Positions 7,261 through 17,086 of a stretch of 64,000 bases of DNA are shown in pieces. The position numbers and the translations under genes were made by a program. The stretch comes from an uncultured Syntrophobacterales bacterium (GTDB taxonomy: Bacteria; Desulfobacterota; Syntrophia; Syntrophales; UBA5619), in NCBI GenBank assembly GCA_903928915.1, contig CAIYSL010000102.1, positions 2,035 through 66,034 on the forward strand. Reading direction: 5' to 3'. Position 1 is the first letter of the stretch, and the number at the start of each line of letters is the position of its first letter. The notes under the pieces are model-generated. The model was given only the letters and a program-made list of their open reading frames with translations. It did no database searches and was not told the DNA's origin.

Positions 7261-9534
7261 TCACCACTTGAACACGGACAGGATATTGGAAAAATCGTCT
7301 CGCCAGGCGGCAATCCCGGCCTGCGGCGTGATCCGCTGCCAGGCAGCGCGCGCCGAAAGCGGGCCGAGGCCGCTCTCTTCCCTGGCGAGCAGGACCCAGG
7401 TCGAACCGTCCTTCCCGATCTCGTAGTCCTGGTCATCGTCGCGAAGCCGGCAGGCAACCCCCTGCTCGGCGCACAGCTTTGCCAGCACCGGAGCAAGGTT
7501 CACATAGCGGTTCGTGATGTGGATCAGGAGCACCCCCTCCCGGGTAAGCTTCGCCAGGTAAAGGTCCAGGGCCTCCCTGGTCAGCAGGTGGACCGGGATG
7601 GAATCGGAACTGAAGGCGTCGAGGATGATGATGTCGTAGTGGTGGGGGGGCGCCCTTCCCAGGGTGAGCCGGGCATCCCCCAGGATCACCCGCCAGGCGG
7701 CCCGGCAATCGCTCAGAAAGGTAAAATAGGCGGGATCGGTGGAGATCCGCTTCACCGCCGGATCGATCTCGTAGAAATCTATCTCCTGGCCCGCGTGCGC
7801 ATAGGCGGCCAGGCTGCCCGTTCCGAGGCCGGTGACGGCGATGCGGTGCATCTTCCTGTCTCCCGCGAGACGGTCAAACACCTCCCCGACCGGCCCCTCC
7901 CGGTGGTAGTAGGAGACGGGCTCGGACCGGGTTTCCGGGTTGAGCCACTGCTTGCCGTGCAGCGTCGTGCCATGGGAGAGGCTCATGAAGGTGCCGCTCA
8001 TCGTCCTGGTCACCGTCAGCACCCCGAAGAAACTCCGCTCGCGGTGCACGATCTCCCGGTTGAGGTCCTTCGCCACCGCCACGGTCGCAAACAGCGCCGC
8101 GAACCCCATGCCGAACAGCAGGGGCTTGCGCAGGAACACCAGTCCATAGCAGCACAGCGCCGGCACGCCGTAGCTCACGAGCATGCGGAAGGTGCTCCAC
8201 GTAACGGACAGCTGGGGCAAGCGGACATACAGGTCGCTCGCCACGGACGAGTTCGCCGTCAGGAAGTAGGTGAGCGGCGCCAGCACGAACGGCGCCCCGA
8301 TGAAGAGGAGGACCCCTTTCCCGGTCCTTAGCCCGGACGGTGTCGCTCCCCATCCTGCCGGCAGGAGCAGGGCCGCGATGATCAGGACGAGGGGATATTC
8401 CACGACGGTCGGGAAGACAACGGGCGCGAGCAGCGAATTGAACATCCCGCCCAGCACGCCCCCGACGGAGAGACAGAGATAGAATTCCGTCAGATAGTCC
8501 GCAGCCGGCCGCCGCCGGGCAACCTCTCCGTGGCAGACCATGCAGACGAGGAAGAAATTCACCAGGTGAACGAAGAAGGCTGTCCATTTCGGCGCGTCGA
8601 TGTCGGCGAAGTCCACGACGAACAGCGCCAGCAGCGCCAGCGGCAACAGGAGGATCGCCGCGCGATGGAGCAGTGCCGGAACCCGGGCAAACACGATGAT
8701 GAACGACAGCAGGTACAACGCCAGCGGGATGACCCAGAACAGCGGTATCGCGGCGACATCCGTGCTGAGGAAGGTGGTCACCCCGAGCATCAGGCTCGAC
8801 GGCACGAAGGCATACAGAACCCACCGGCCCCGCTCTGCCCGCGTCGGCGGCGGGCCGGCACTGCACCCCGCTGCGGTACCTGCCTCCTCCGGCCGGATCC
8901 CGGCCGGGCAGTGCGACCGGTAGCGCCACAGGGCCCCGGCGCAGAGGACGGTCAGCAGCACGATGATACCGTAGCCCACGCTCCAGAGCCGGCTCTGTTC
9001 GGCAAGGCGGAGGTGGGGCTCCGCCCACAGCGGGTAACCGATCAGGGCGGCCATGCTGCCGAGATTGCTCGCGCTGTACAGAAAATACGGGTCCCCGGCG
9101 GAGGGATGTCCGGTCCGGGCAAACCAGCGCTGCAAGAGGGGGGCAGTGGCCGAAAGTACGAAGAAGGGGGGACCGACGGTGATTGCCAGCAGCAGGAGCA
9201 GGTCTCCCACCGGGCTTCCCTCCCCGGCCGGTGCCCACTGCCCCGGGACGGCGATCGGCAGGACCAGGGAGGCAGCGGCAAGAATCGTCAGGTGCAGGGC
9301 AGCCTGGCGGGCGTTCCCCGCCCTGGTCCCGACGATGTGGGCGTATCCGTACCCCATCAGGAGCACCGCCTGGTAGAACAGCACGCAGGTGTTCCAGACC
9401 GCGGGCGTGCCGCCGAGGAGGGGGAGGATCAGCTTGGCGATCATCAGCTCGACGAAGAACAGCAGAGCCGCGCTGACGAACAGCGTCAGGGAAAAGAGGA
9501 CGGGCAATGATGCCCCCGGCAAGGGAACGGCCAC
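7261..9534 (-). CDS. Polytopic membrane domain fused to a spermidine/spermine-synthase-like (class I SAM-dependent aminopropyl/methyl-transferase) domain
   Basis: ORF 7261..9678. GTG at 9534 is preferred because of ACGGAGGAG 8 nt upstream, giving MAVPLPGASLPVLFSLTLFVSAALLFFVE... About 12 hydrophobic helices. The C-terminal domain has VTGLGTGSLAAYA, EIDFYEIDPAV and YDIIILDAFSSDSIPVHLLTREA motifs typical of the spermidine synthase fold. Confidence 0.8.
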   Translation of the reverse strand: MAVPLPGASLPVLFSLTLFVSAALLFFVELMIAKLILPLLGGTPAVWNTCVLFYQAVLLMGYGYAHIVGTRAGNARQAALHLTILAAASLVLPIAVPGQWAPAGEGSPVGDLLLLLAITVGPPFFVLSATAPLLQRWFARTGHPSAGDPYFLYSASNLGSMAALIGYPLWAEPHLRLAEQSRLWSVGYGIIVLLTVLCAGALWRYRSHCPAGIRPEEAGTAAGCSAGPPPTRAERGRWVLYAFVPSSLMLGVTTFLSTDVAAIPLFWVIPLALYLLSFIIVFARVPALLHRAAILLLPLALLALFVVDFADIDAPKWTAFFVHLVNFFLVCMVCHGEVARRRPAADYLTEFYLCLSVGGVLGGMFNSLLAPVVFPTVVEYPLVLIIAALLLPAGWGATPSGLRTGKGVLLFIGAPFVLAPLTYFLTANSSVASDLYVRLPQLSVTWSTFRMLVSYGVPALCCYGLVFLRKPLLFGMGFAALFATVAVAKDLNREIVHRERSFFGVLTVTRTMSGTFMSLSHGTTLHGKQWLNPETRSEPVSYYHREGPVGEVFDRLAGDRKMHRIAVTGLGTGSLAAYAHAGQEIDFYEIDPAVKRISTDPAYFTFLSDCRAAWRVILGDARLTLGRAPPHHYDIIILDAFSSDSIPVHLLTREALDLYLAKLTREGVLLIHITNRYVNLAPVLAKLCAEQGVACRLRDDDQDYEIGKDGSTWVLLAREESGLGPLSARAAWQRITPQAGIAAWRDDFSNILSVFKW

Positions 9535-9754
9535 TCCTGCAACTCCTCCGTGTACGAAAACGGCTCCGCCGGCAGCGGAATCCCGTCCCGCGGCCCCGCC
9601 GCGAAGGATGGCCGCCGGGACGAACCGACGAGGCTCCCGGCAGCGCGCTGCCGGGAGCCTCGATTCCTTCTTCCTCACCGCCGGGCCACGCCTCCCCTCA
9701 CCGCGCCGTTTTACCCCGCTCGCAGGCGCAGGGAGGGCATCCCGGACGGGGGCT

Positions 9755-11494
9755 TCACTTCTTGGGTACGACCGGAATGAGCACGTAGGCGCCCCGCTGG
9801 CCGCCGGCGTGGAGGGTCACCTTGCCGCCGAAGATGCGGGGCGGCCGGTCGCGGGGGTCGTCATGGAGAAAAGGCCCGACCCCGGTGAACTCGTTCTTCA
9901 TGCTCGCCAGCCGCGCCCCGCCGCCGGGATAGACATAGTCCCTTCCGCGCACGGTGAGGGCGATCCGGTAGCCGGCGGGCACGACGATCGACGTCGGCCA
10001 GACCTCCACGTCCAGCTCGTACACCTCGCCCGGCTTCAGCGGCTGTTTCTTGTCGTGGGTATGGTAGGGGCGGTACGGTTGCGTGAGTTTCTTGTCCAGC
10101 TTGCGGTGCGAGGCCCGCAGCCACCCCTGGGCGATCGGCGTGTGCGGGTCGAGCGCCCCCGGGAAGACCACCTCCTTGAGGTCCGGTGCGAAGGCCCGAA
10201 CAACCAAAAACAGGTCCGCGTCCTCGGTCTCCGAGGAGACAAACAGCTTGGCAGCGATCGGGCCGGTGATTTCGGTCTCCCGCTCCAGGGGCGGCGTCAG
10301 GAAGGTCACCCCGTCGCCGAGTCCGCCGTAGGTCACCGCTTGCGCCTTGGCCGGCGGCTTCGCCGCGAGGGTGCAGTCGGCAGGGTTGAGATAGTACTTC
10401 GTCCAGGCGGTCCGGGCCAGCGGCCACTCGCCCTCCATCCGCTCGACGAACGTGCCGATGTGGCGGACCTGGAGCTGGACCCGCGGCTGCTTCTGCCAAC
10501 CCGTCTCCTCGCCCTTGAGGTAATGGCCAAAGAACCGCTTCTGCAGCGCCACGCCGTAGTCGGTGTAGAACTCGGTCCAGTGCTCGATCCCGTGCACCTC
10601 GAGCCACTTCTCCTTCGAGGCCGCGCGGACGAAGGCCTCGAAATTCCCCCGCGGATGGAGCCCCTGTCCCCCCCAGTTGGCGGCGGACAGGAACGGCACC
10701 TTCACCTTCGACCAGTCGGGCATCCGGGACTGCCAGTAGTCGCAGTTGTCCAGCGGGTTGGCGAAGATCTCCTCGCCGAAGTCGCACCGGTTCGCCCCCA
10801 GCTCCTCGGCGGTCAGCGTCTCCGGGCCGGCGACCCAGTCGGCCACCAGGGAGCTGCGGTAGCCGCGCTTGCCCACCCCGTGCTGCACCGTCTTGACCTG
10901 CATGTCGTACCAGTTCGCCGCGAAGGTGCAGAGGATCCCGCCGTGATAGGCCAGGTCGCGGTAGAAGTCGGCCGCCCCCTCCCAGGCGCACATGGCCGTC
11001 AGGTGGGGAGGCTGGAGGGCCGCCACCTGCCACTGGTTCATGGCGTAGTAGGAAATGCCGTTCAGGCCGATCTTGCCGGTGCTCCAGGGCTGCTTGGCCG
11101 CCCACTCGACGCAGAAGTACAGGTCCTTGGCCTCCCGCAGCGACCAGGTGTCGAGGTAGCCCGGCGACCGGCCGCAGCCGCGCGAATCGACGCGCACGCA
11201 GACGTAGCCGTCGGGCACCCACTTTTCCGGGTCGACGACCTCCCAGTTTTGAAACTTGTTCGTCGAACCGGCCGTCACGTCCGGGTGCTCCGTGGACATG
11301 ATCCGCCACTGGTCGGGGTAGCCGTCCTGGAAGGCAAGCCACTTGCCGTAGGGGCCGTAGGTCAGGATTACCGGATACTTCCCCTCGGCAACGGGCCGAT
11401 AGACATCGGCACGCAGCACGAGACCGTCCTCCATCGTGACCGGCACATCCCAATCGATCCGCATCCCTTCCCTGATTTCACTCTTTGGGCTCAT
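9755..11494 (-). CDS. CocE/NonD-family alpha/beta hydrolase (X-Pro dipeptidyl-peptidase-like)
   Basis: ATG at 11494 with GAAGGAGGAG upstream. The N-terminus DVPVTMEDGLVLRADVYRPVAEGKYPVILTYGPYGK and the nucleophile region GLNGISYYAMNQW resemble the CocE G-x-S-Y-x-G elbow. The length of 579 aa fits the family. Confidence 0.8.
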   Translation of the reverse strand: MSPKSEIREGMRIDWDVPVTMEDGLVLRADVYRPVAEGKYPVILTYGPYGKWLAFQDGYPDQWRIMSTEHPDVTAGSTNKFQNWEVVDPEKWVPDGYVCVRVDSRGCGRSPGYLDTWSLREAKDLYFCVEWAAKQPWSTGKIGLNGISYYAMNQWQVAALQPPHLTAMCAWEGAADFYRDLAYHGGILCTFAANWYDMQVKTVQHGVGKRGYRSSLVADWVAGPETLTAEELGANRCDFGEEIFANPLDNCDYWQSRMPDWSKVKVPFLSAANWGGQGLHPRGNFEAFVRAASKEKWLEVHGIEHWTEFYTDYGVALQKRFFGHYLKGEETGWQKQPRVQLQVRHIGTFVERMEGEWPLARTAWTKYYLNPADCTLAAKPPAKAQAVTYGGLGDGVTFLTPPLERETEITGPIAAKLFVSSETEDADLFLVVRAFAPDLKEVVFPGALDPHTPIAQGWLRASHRKLDKKLTQPYRPYHTHDKKQPLKPGEVYELDVEVWPTSIVVPAGYRIALTVRGRDYVYPGGGARLASMKNEFTGVGPFLHDDPRDRPPRIFGGKVTLHAGGQRGAYVLIPVVPKK

Positions 11495-11504
11495 ATCTCC
11501 TCCT

Positions 11505-12203
11505 TCACTTTTCCCACCGGGCGTTGTACACGCTCCAGCCCGGAACAATGTTCTTACCGTTGACCGCTTCGTAGTCCTCGAGGACGGCGGCCCAATGCTG
11601 GATCAGGGCGGGAATCAGGATCACCTCGCCCGGTCCCGAAACCACCTCGGTCCCGGCAAGCCCCCTGATCTTTCCCCGCAGCGGAACCTGGATCTGCTCG
11701 TTGGGATGGGAATGGGGCTTGGCCTCGGTCCCGGCCGTGAAGTGCATGAGGGCCACCTCGATCCGCTCGCCGGTGATCGTCGTCCCCCGGGCCGAGGAGC
11801 GCTTGGGGGTGATGAAGTCGGCGGTCAACTCGGCCCAGCGGAAGAAGGGCTGTCCGGCGCCGCTTCGCGCTTCGGGGCGCCCATCCCCGGCACCCACGTC
11901 CCCGAACCGGAGCACCTCGAACTCCTCCAGGACCTGGAGAGCGAACGGGGCGTGCGGACGGATCAGTACCGCCTCGGCGGGGCCGACGATCCGCTCCTCG
12001 CCGGCGACCCGAAAGCGCGCCGTTCCCCGGATGACCGTCTGGATCTGTTCCTTGGGCAGCGCGTGGAGGCCGACCTCCGCTCCCGCCGGGTACACGATCC
12101 GGCTGACCGCGATCTCCCGACCGCGGACCACGGCCCCCCGGACATCGCTGAACCCGGGATCGATGACCTCCTGCTCGATGTCGCCCCACCTGTACGCCGG
12201 CAT
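11505..12203 (-). CDS. Bicupin-domain protein
   Basis: Two cupin modules: ...YPAGAEVGLHALPKEQIQTVIRGTARF... and ...FTAGTEAKPHSHPNEQIQVPLRGKI... (H-x-H...E metal motif in the second). Confidence 0.75.
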   Translation of the reverse strand: MPAYRWGDIEQEVIDPGFSDVRGAVVRGREIAVSRIVYPAGAEVGLHALPKEQIQTVIRGTARFRVAGEERIVGPAEAVLIRPHAPFALQVLEEFEVLRFGDVGAGDGRPEARSGAGQPFFRWAELTADFITPKRSSARGTTITGERIEVALMHFTAGTEAKPHSHPNEQIQVPLRGKIRGLAGTEVVSGPGEVILIPALIQHWAAVLEDYEAVNGKNIVPGWSVYNARWEK

Positions 12204-12290
12204 CCCTTACTCCCCTTCGCGGATCGATCCCTGCTTCCCGGCCCTGCGGCGCCGCCCGCTGGGGTCACCGCCCTGCAGAACGGTCCAGCG

Positions 12291-12743
12291 TTACTTCTTG
12301 CCGGAATCGATCCCGGGATCGACGTACGCTCCCGCCATCGTGCCGTCGGTCGCCTTGCCCATGATGCCGTGCGACATGTCCTTGCAGGTGAAGAACTGGA
12401 CGTCCTCCTCGGGGAGCGCCTGGACGTAGTGCGGGATGTTGGCGGGCAGGTAGATCAGCGTGCCGGGTCCGGAGATCTGTTCCGGCTGCCGGTCGACGCT
12501 CACCCGGGCCTTGCCCTTGATCAGATAGATCCACTGTTCGTTCGGATGGCTGTGTTCACGCGCGCCGGTGCCGGCCTTCATCGCGATCAGGCCCACCTGG
12601 ATGCGCTCGCCCTCCACGACCGGCCCCTCGGCGCTCGAATAGCCCACGCCGGCGTCCATCCGCTGCGATGTCGTGAGGTCGAATACATAGGTACCGCTGC
12701 CGCCTTTGATCGCCCCCTTGTTCTTCGTTTCCGCTTGACTCAT
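12291..12743 (-). CDS. Cupin-domain protein
   Basis: MKAGTGAREHSHPNEQWIYLIKGKARV...LIYLPANIPH is the cupin motif 1/2 pattern. Confidence 0.75.
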   Translation of the reverse strand: MSQAETKNKGAIKGGSGTYVFDLTTSQRMDAGVGYSSAEGPVVEGERIQVGLIAMKAGTGAREHSHPNEQWIYLIKGKARVSVDRQPEQISGPGTLIYLPANIPHYVQALPEEDVQFFTCKDMSHGIMGKATDGTMAGAYVDPGIDSGKK

Positions 12744-12828
12744 CTGTTCCTCCTTCGGTGGGCATTCGCTTCTGCTTCGCCTGAACTATCCGAAGCGGGT
12801 GCGCCCTGTCAAGCAAATACAGAACCCG

Positions 12829-14067
12829 TCAGTACTTCTGCGCGGCTAGGACTGCCGCGCCGGCCGCGCCGATCATCCCCAGCGCGGCCAGGAACAGCAG
12901 CCCCGCGAGATAGGAGCCGGTGGCGCCGATCAGAAACCCGATGACCGTCGGCGCCAGGGCCGAACCGAAATTGGCCAGCCCGTTGTCGATCCCGATCCCC
13001 GTGGCCATGATCGGGGCGGGCACGATGCGCTGCATGATGGCGTAGTAGACCGGAGTGCCCATTCCCCACATCACCATCCCCGCCACCATCAACAGCGCGC
13101 TCGTTAGGGGATCGGACACCAGCGCCGCGACGCCGATGGCCGAGGCCGCGCCCGCGAGGCTCAGCGTACAGATCACGGCGCGGCGGCCGATGCGGTCCGA
13201 CAGGAACCCGAAGACGATCGATGCGACGAAGGAACCCAGGTACGGGAGCGAGGCGAACAGGATCATCTGACTTACCTCGAACCCCCGCGCCTCCCGGAGG
13301 TACTTGGGCAGCCAGGTGGTCAGCCCCGAGAAGGTGGCCAGGACGGCGAAATGGTAGATCACCATCAGCCAGAAGCGGTAGTTGCGAAGCAGGCGGCCGA
13401 GATCGCCTCCCGTCCCGGCGCCGGCGGCAGGCGCGGTTTCCCGGCCTGCCACGATGGCATCCCGTTCCGCGGCGCCGATTCCGGCCATCCGTTCCGGCAC
13501 GTCGGCGGTCAGCAGCCAGATGGCAGGCACGACCAGGGCGAGGATGAACGCCGCCTGCAGAAAAAGGGCGGAGCGCCACCCCCACATCTCGATGGCCAGG
13601 GCCAAGAGCGGAACGGCCGCTGCCATGCCCACCCGCTGCCCGCTGGTCCAGATGGCATTGGCGCCCCCCCGCTCCGCGGGGGGAAACCAGTAGCGGATGT
13701 ACCGGTTCGCCACGGGAAACAGCGGACCTTCGGCGATCCCTCGTGCGATCCGGCCGGCGAGCATCGCGGGGTAGGAAGCGGCCGAGCCCATCCAGAGGGC
13801 CGCAGCGGCCCAGCACCCGGTCATGACGGTGTACACCTTCCGCGGCCCCCATCGATCGGCGGTGTGGCCGAGAAAGATGTTCGCCAGGGCGTAGGGCAAG
13901 AGGAGCAGGGTCATCAGCATCCCCTGCCCTTCGGGGCTTCCTTCCAGCCCCATCGTCCGCAGAAAATCGGGGTCCACCAGGAAGAGCGAGAATGCGGCCC
14001 GGTCGAATCCGCCGAAGAAGAACCCGCTCCAGATCACGGCGACGACCATGTACCGGTACCGGCCCAC
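12829..14067 (-). CDS. MFS transporter
   Basis: 412 aa with ~12 TM helices. The loop motif GHTADRWGPRK matches the MFS signature G-x-x-x-D-R-x-G-R-R/K. Confidence 0.85.
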   Translation of the reverse strand: MGRYRYMVVAVIWSGFFFGGFDRAAFSLFLVDPDFLRTMGLEGSPEGQGMLMTLLLLPYALANIFLGHTADRWGPRKVYTVMTGCWAAAALWMGSAASYPAMLAGRIARGIAEGPLFPVANRYIRYWFPPAERGGANAIWTSGQRVGMAAAVPLLALAIEMWGWRSALFLQAAFILALVVPAIWLLTADVPERMAGIGAAERDAIVAGRETAPAAGAGTGGDLGRLLRNYRFWLMVIYHFAVLATFSGLTTWLPKYLREARGFEVSQMILFASLPYLGSFVASIVFGFLSDRIGRRAVICTLSLAGAASAIGVAALVSDPLTSALLMVAGMVMWGMGTPVYYAIMQRIVPAPIMATGIGIDNGLANFGSALAPTVIGFLIGATGSYLAGLLFLAALGMIGAAGAAVLAAQKY

Positions 14068-14076
14068 TCGCCCCTC

Positions 14077-14349
14077 CTACCCGCCCGTGGCGGGCACCAG
14101 GAAGGTGAGTTCATCGCCGTCATGAACCTCCGTGGCCCAGCCCTGAAGCGACAGCATGTTTCTCCCGTTTACCAGGAGCACGGAACAATCCAGGAGGGAA
14201 CAATCGGCGCTGACAAACCGCCGCAGCTGGTCGCCCAGCCGGCCCCGGAGGGCCCGGACCACATCCCCGAGCGACGGGGAAGGAGGGTCGAGCAGGATCT
14301 CCTGCTTCAACAGGATCTCCACGCCGATGATGTTGACGAGGATCTTCAT
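14077..14349 (-). CDS. MoaD/ThiS-family ubiquitin-like sulfur-carrier protein
   Basis: 90 aa ending ...GDELTFLVPATGG (C-terminal Gly-Gly). It lies immediately downstream of an AOR gene, as in known AOR operons that carry a MoaD-like gene. Confidence 0.75.
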   Translation of the reverse strand: MKILVNIIGVEILLKQEILLDPPSPSLGDVVRALRGRLGDQLRRFVSADCSLLDCSVLLVNGRNMLSLQGWATEVHDGDELTFLVPATGG

Positions 14350-14361
14350 GGCCCTGCCGGA

Positions 14362-16200
14362 TCAGCCGGCGATCTCCCGTTCCGCGAGGTCGTACCTCCG
14401 CAGGGTCTCCGGCGTGGGGACCCCGGCCGCGTCCCAGCCCTGGCAGGCGTAGAAATCGTCGATCATCCGGTTGAGCCTCTCGTCGCCGATGCACTGCCCC
14501 GCCGCCGGCCCGTTGAGCATCGGCTCGTGCAGCGTCCGCTCGGGGAGCCAGTCGTCGGCGCGGGTGAACCCCTCGCGGTTGTTGAACATCCGGATGAGGG
14601 TCTCCACCCTCCCGGCCATCGTGTCGAAGTCCGCCTCCGTCAGCTCCACCCCCGTCACCGCCCGGTAGTACTCGATGCTGTACGACGACAGCGGCACGGG
14701 GATGAACTTGGCCGGCATATCGCAGACCAACAGCGAGTGGTAGACGCAGTTTTCCGCGTACAGGTCGCGGACCATCTTCCCCTTCCCCTCGGCGGTGAAG
14801 GGCGGATAGCCGCCGAGGATCTCCTTGGCCGGCGGCCAGGCGCGGCGGTGGCAGGCGCCGCGCGGCGACACGGCATAGGAGAGGCCGGCGCCGAAGGCGC
14901 CGCGCGGGTCGTAGGCCGGATACTCGAGCCCCTTGACGTGCATGGCGAAGCGCGCCGAACCCTGGCCCACCTGGGCGGCCACGGCCCGCACCCCTCGGGA
15001 CATGATTTCGCCGAAGCCCTGGCGGCGGGCCGTCAGTTCGATCGCCCGGAGCACCGCCGCGTCGTTCCCGAAGGTCAGCTCGAGCCCCTCCGTCTGACTG
15101 GCCGTGAGCAGCCCCTTCTCGAAGCACTCCATGACGAAGCCGATGACGTTGCCCATGGAGATCGTGTCCAGCCCCAGGGTGTCGCAGCGGAGGTTCGCCT
15201 GGATGACCGTCTGCAGCGAATCGGTCATCAGGTTCGAACCGAACATGCCGAGGGTTTCATACTCCGGCCCCTCGAACACCTCCCCCCGGTTCGGCCCCTC
15301 GGTCACCTCGGTCATCAGCGAGCAGTGGACGAAGCAGGACTGGCAGGAGCGGTGCGCCTTGACGCTCTTGTAGACCCCCACCGAATCGAGCTTGCCCAGG
15401 GCCTGGTCCCAGGAGCCGTACTGAAAGTTGCGGGTGGGGAGGATCCCCCCGGCGTTGGTCACGTTGAGCGTGAGCGAGGTGCCGTACTTCGACCGGGCCT
15501 GGAAGAGCTGGCTCGCCCTGGCCAGTTCGTAATTCTTCCGGTTCAGCTCGACGACCCGGGCGCGGTCGTGGAACTCGGCGGCCCCGCTCCCCCGGACGAC
15601 GATGGCCTTGAGGTTCTTGGAGCCCATGACGGCCCCGACGCCGGCCCGGGCCGCCTGACGGTAGTTGTCGCTGTTGATGCAGGCGTAGAGGCAGAGGTTT
15701 TCCCCTGCCGGCCCGATGGAGGTGACGACGAAGCCTTTGCCCTCCTTCTCCTTGAGCATCCGCTCGGCGGTGAAGCTCTCCTGACCCCAGATCCCCGCGG
15801 CACTGCGGATCTCGGCGCCCCGATCGTCGATCTTCAGATAGCTGGGGGCCGCGGCCTTGCCGCGGATCACCAGCCCGTCATAGCCGGCCTTCTTCAGCTC
15901 GATCGACGTCCGGCCGCTGGAATAGCTGTCGCACCAGCCGCCGGTGAGGGGCGATTTGGTCACCACGACGAACTTCGAGGAGCCGCAGACCATCGATCCC
16001 GTCAGCGGACCGGTCAGCACGATCATGACGTTCTCCGGCGAAAGGGGGTCCGTGTGGGGCGGCAGCAAATCGTACAGCAGGCGCGCCCCCAGTCCCCTTC
16101 CCCCGACATACTTCTTGGCCAGCTCATCGGAGATGGCGATCGTGTTCGTCTTTCCCGTCGTCAGATCGATGTCGAGCAGCTTGCCGCAGATCCCTTTCAT
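14362..16200 (-). CDS. Aldehyde:ferredoxin oxidoreductase family (tungstopterin enzyme), paralog 1
   Basis: N-terminus KLLDIDLTTGKTNTIAISDELAKKYVGGRGLGARLLYD, the EGPEYETLGMFGSN motif, and a length of 612 aa. Confidence 0.9.
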   Translation of the reverse strand: MKGICGKLLDIDLTTGKTNTIAISDELAKKYVGGRGLGARLLYDLLPPHTDPLSPENVMIVLTGPLTGSMVCGSSKFVVVTKSPLTGGWCDSYSSGRTSIELKKAGYDGLVIRGKAAAPSYLKIDDRGAEIRSAAGIWGQESFTAERMLKEKEGKGFVVTSIGPAGENLCLYACINSDNYRQAARAGVGAVMGSKNLKAIVVRGSGAAEFHDRARVVELNRKNYELARASQLFQARSKYGTSLTLNVTNAGGILPTRNFQYGSWDQALGKLDSVGVYKSVKAHRSCQSCFVHCSLMTEVTEGPNRGEVFEGPEYETLGMFGSNLMTDSLQTVIQANLRCDTLGLDTISMGNVIGFVMECFEKGLLTASQTEGLELTFGNDAAVLRAIELTARRQGFGEIMSRGVRAVAAQVGQGSARFAMHVKGLEYPAYDPRGAFGAGLSYAVSPRGACHRRAWPPAKEILGGYPPFTAEGKGKMVRDLYAENCVYHSLLVCDMPAKFIPVPLSSYSIEYYRAVTGVELTEADFDTMAGRVETLIRMFNNREGFTRADDWLPERTLHEPMLNGPAAGQCIGDERLNRMIDDFYACQGWDAAGVPTPETLRRYDLAEREIAG

Positions 16201-16216
16201 GCATCACCTATCCCGT

Positions 16217-16262
16217 AAAAAATGCACAACGCATACCCTCCGATCCGCAGGACGTATGCGTT
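16217..16262 (-). terminator. Intercistronic hairpin + T6 between the SDR and AOR genes (possible terminator/attenuator)
   Basis: Minus strand reads AACGCATAC-N17-GTATGCGTT (9-bp stem), then GTGCA TTTTTT. The T-run is 5 nt from the stem, so this is a weak or partial terminator. Confidence 0.35.
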
Positions 16263-16302
16263 CCGTCTCCTTCGACCCGCAGGGGGCTTGTGTGCCGGTT
16301 CG

Positions 16303-17070
16303 CTACTGGGCGCAGAACCCGCCGTCCACCAGGAGGGTCTCCCCGGTCACGAAGCTCGAGGCCTCGCTAGCCAGGAAGATCGCCGGCCCGACGATCTCGG
16401 CGGGCTTGGCCGTCCGGTTGATCGGCACCTTTTTTATCAGATTACCATAAAACTCGGGATTGGAGAAGAGCTCATGCCGCGCCTCCGTCCAGACCGGTCC
16501 GGGGGCGATGGCGTTCACGTTGATCCCCTTGGCGGACCATTCGAGGGCGAGCGTCTTGGTCAGGTTGGCAACCGCGGCCTTGCTCGCGGCATAGGCCGTC
16601 CTGCCGCCGAATCCCACAATCCCGAAGGAGGAGCTCATGTTGATGATCCTGCCGCTTCCCTGCCGCAGCATCACCTTGCCCACGGCCTGACAGCAGAAGA
16701 ACAGGGCCTTCAGGTTCACGTCCAGGACAAAGTCCCAGTCTTTCTCCGACATATCCTCTGCGGGTTTGTGGACGTTCACGCCGGCGATGTTGGCCAGGAT
16801 GTCGATCCTGCCCACCGCCGTGAGGGCGTCTGCGACCATCCGGTCGATGTTTTCCGGCTGCACCAGGTCGACCTTCAGGACCAGGCAGCGGCGCTTCAGG
16901 TCCTCCACCTCCCCCTTGAGCTTCTGCAGCCGCTCCTCGTTGATGTCGACGCCGACGATGTCCGCGCCGGACTGGGCGAACCCGAGGGCGATCTCCCGAC
17001 CGATCCCCTGGGCGGCGCCCGTGATCAGGGCCACCTTCCCCTGTAGTGAAAACAGATCCTGCATGCTCAT
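16303..17070 (-). CDS. SDR-family oxidoreductase
   Basis: ITGAAQGIGREIA (T-G-x3-G-x-G) and YAASKAAV (Y-x3-K) motifs; 255 aa. Confidence 0.9.
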   Translation of the reverse strand: MSMQDLFSLQGKVALITGAAQGIGREIALGFAQSGADIVGVDINEERLQKLKGEVEDLKRRCLVLKVDLVQPENIDRMVADALTAVGRIDILANIAGVNVHKPAEDMSEKDWDFVLDVNLKALFFCCQAVGKVMLRQGSGRIINMSSSFGIVGFGGRTAYAASKAAVANLTKTLALEWSAKGINVNAIAPGPVWTEARHELFSNPEFYGNLIKKVPINRTAKPAEIVGPAIFLASEASSFVTGETLLVDGGFCAQ

Positions 17071-17086
17071 CCTCCTTCCTGAAATA

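Noticed and set aside
9389-16218. Long plus-strand ORFs (9389..11563, 724 aa; 11436..12944, 502 aa; 13351..16218, 955 aa)
   Set aside because: They are antisense to well-supported minus-strand genes (CocE/NonD, cupins, MFS, AOR). Their composition is dominated by R/G/P/H/D and no motifs are recognisable.
16201-16302. Possible Moco/Tuco riboswitch upstream of AOR1 (and likewise 25064..25341 upstream of AOR2)
   Set aside because: I looked for the conserved Moco-motif blocks, as far as I remember them (GCCUCC..., CUGGAAAGG near the RBS), and could not align them convincingly. Only a simple hairpin + T6 is visible at 16217-16262. It needs cmscan with RF01055; not claimed.
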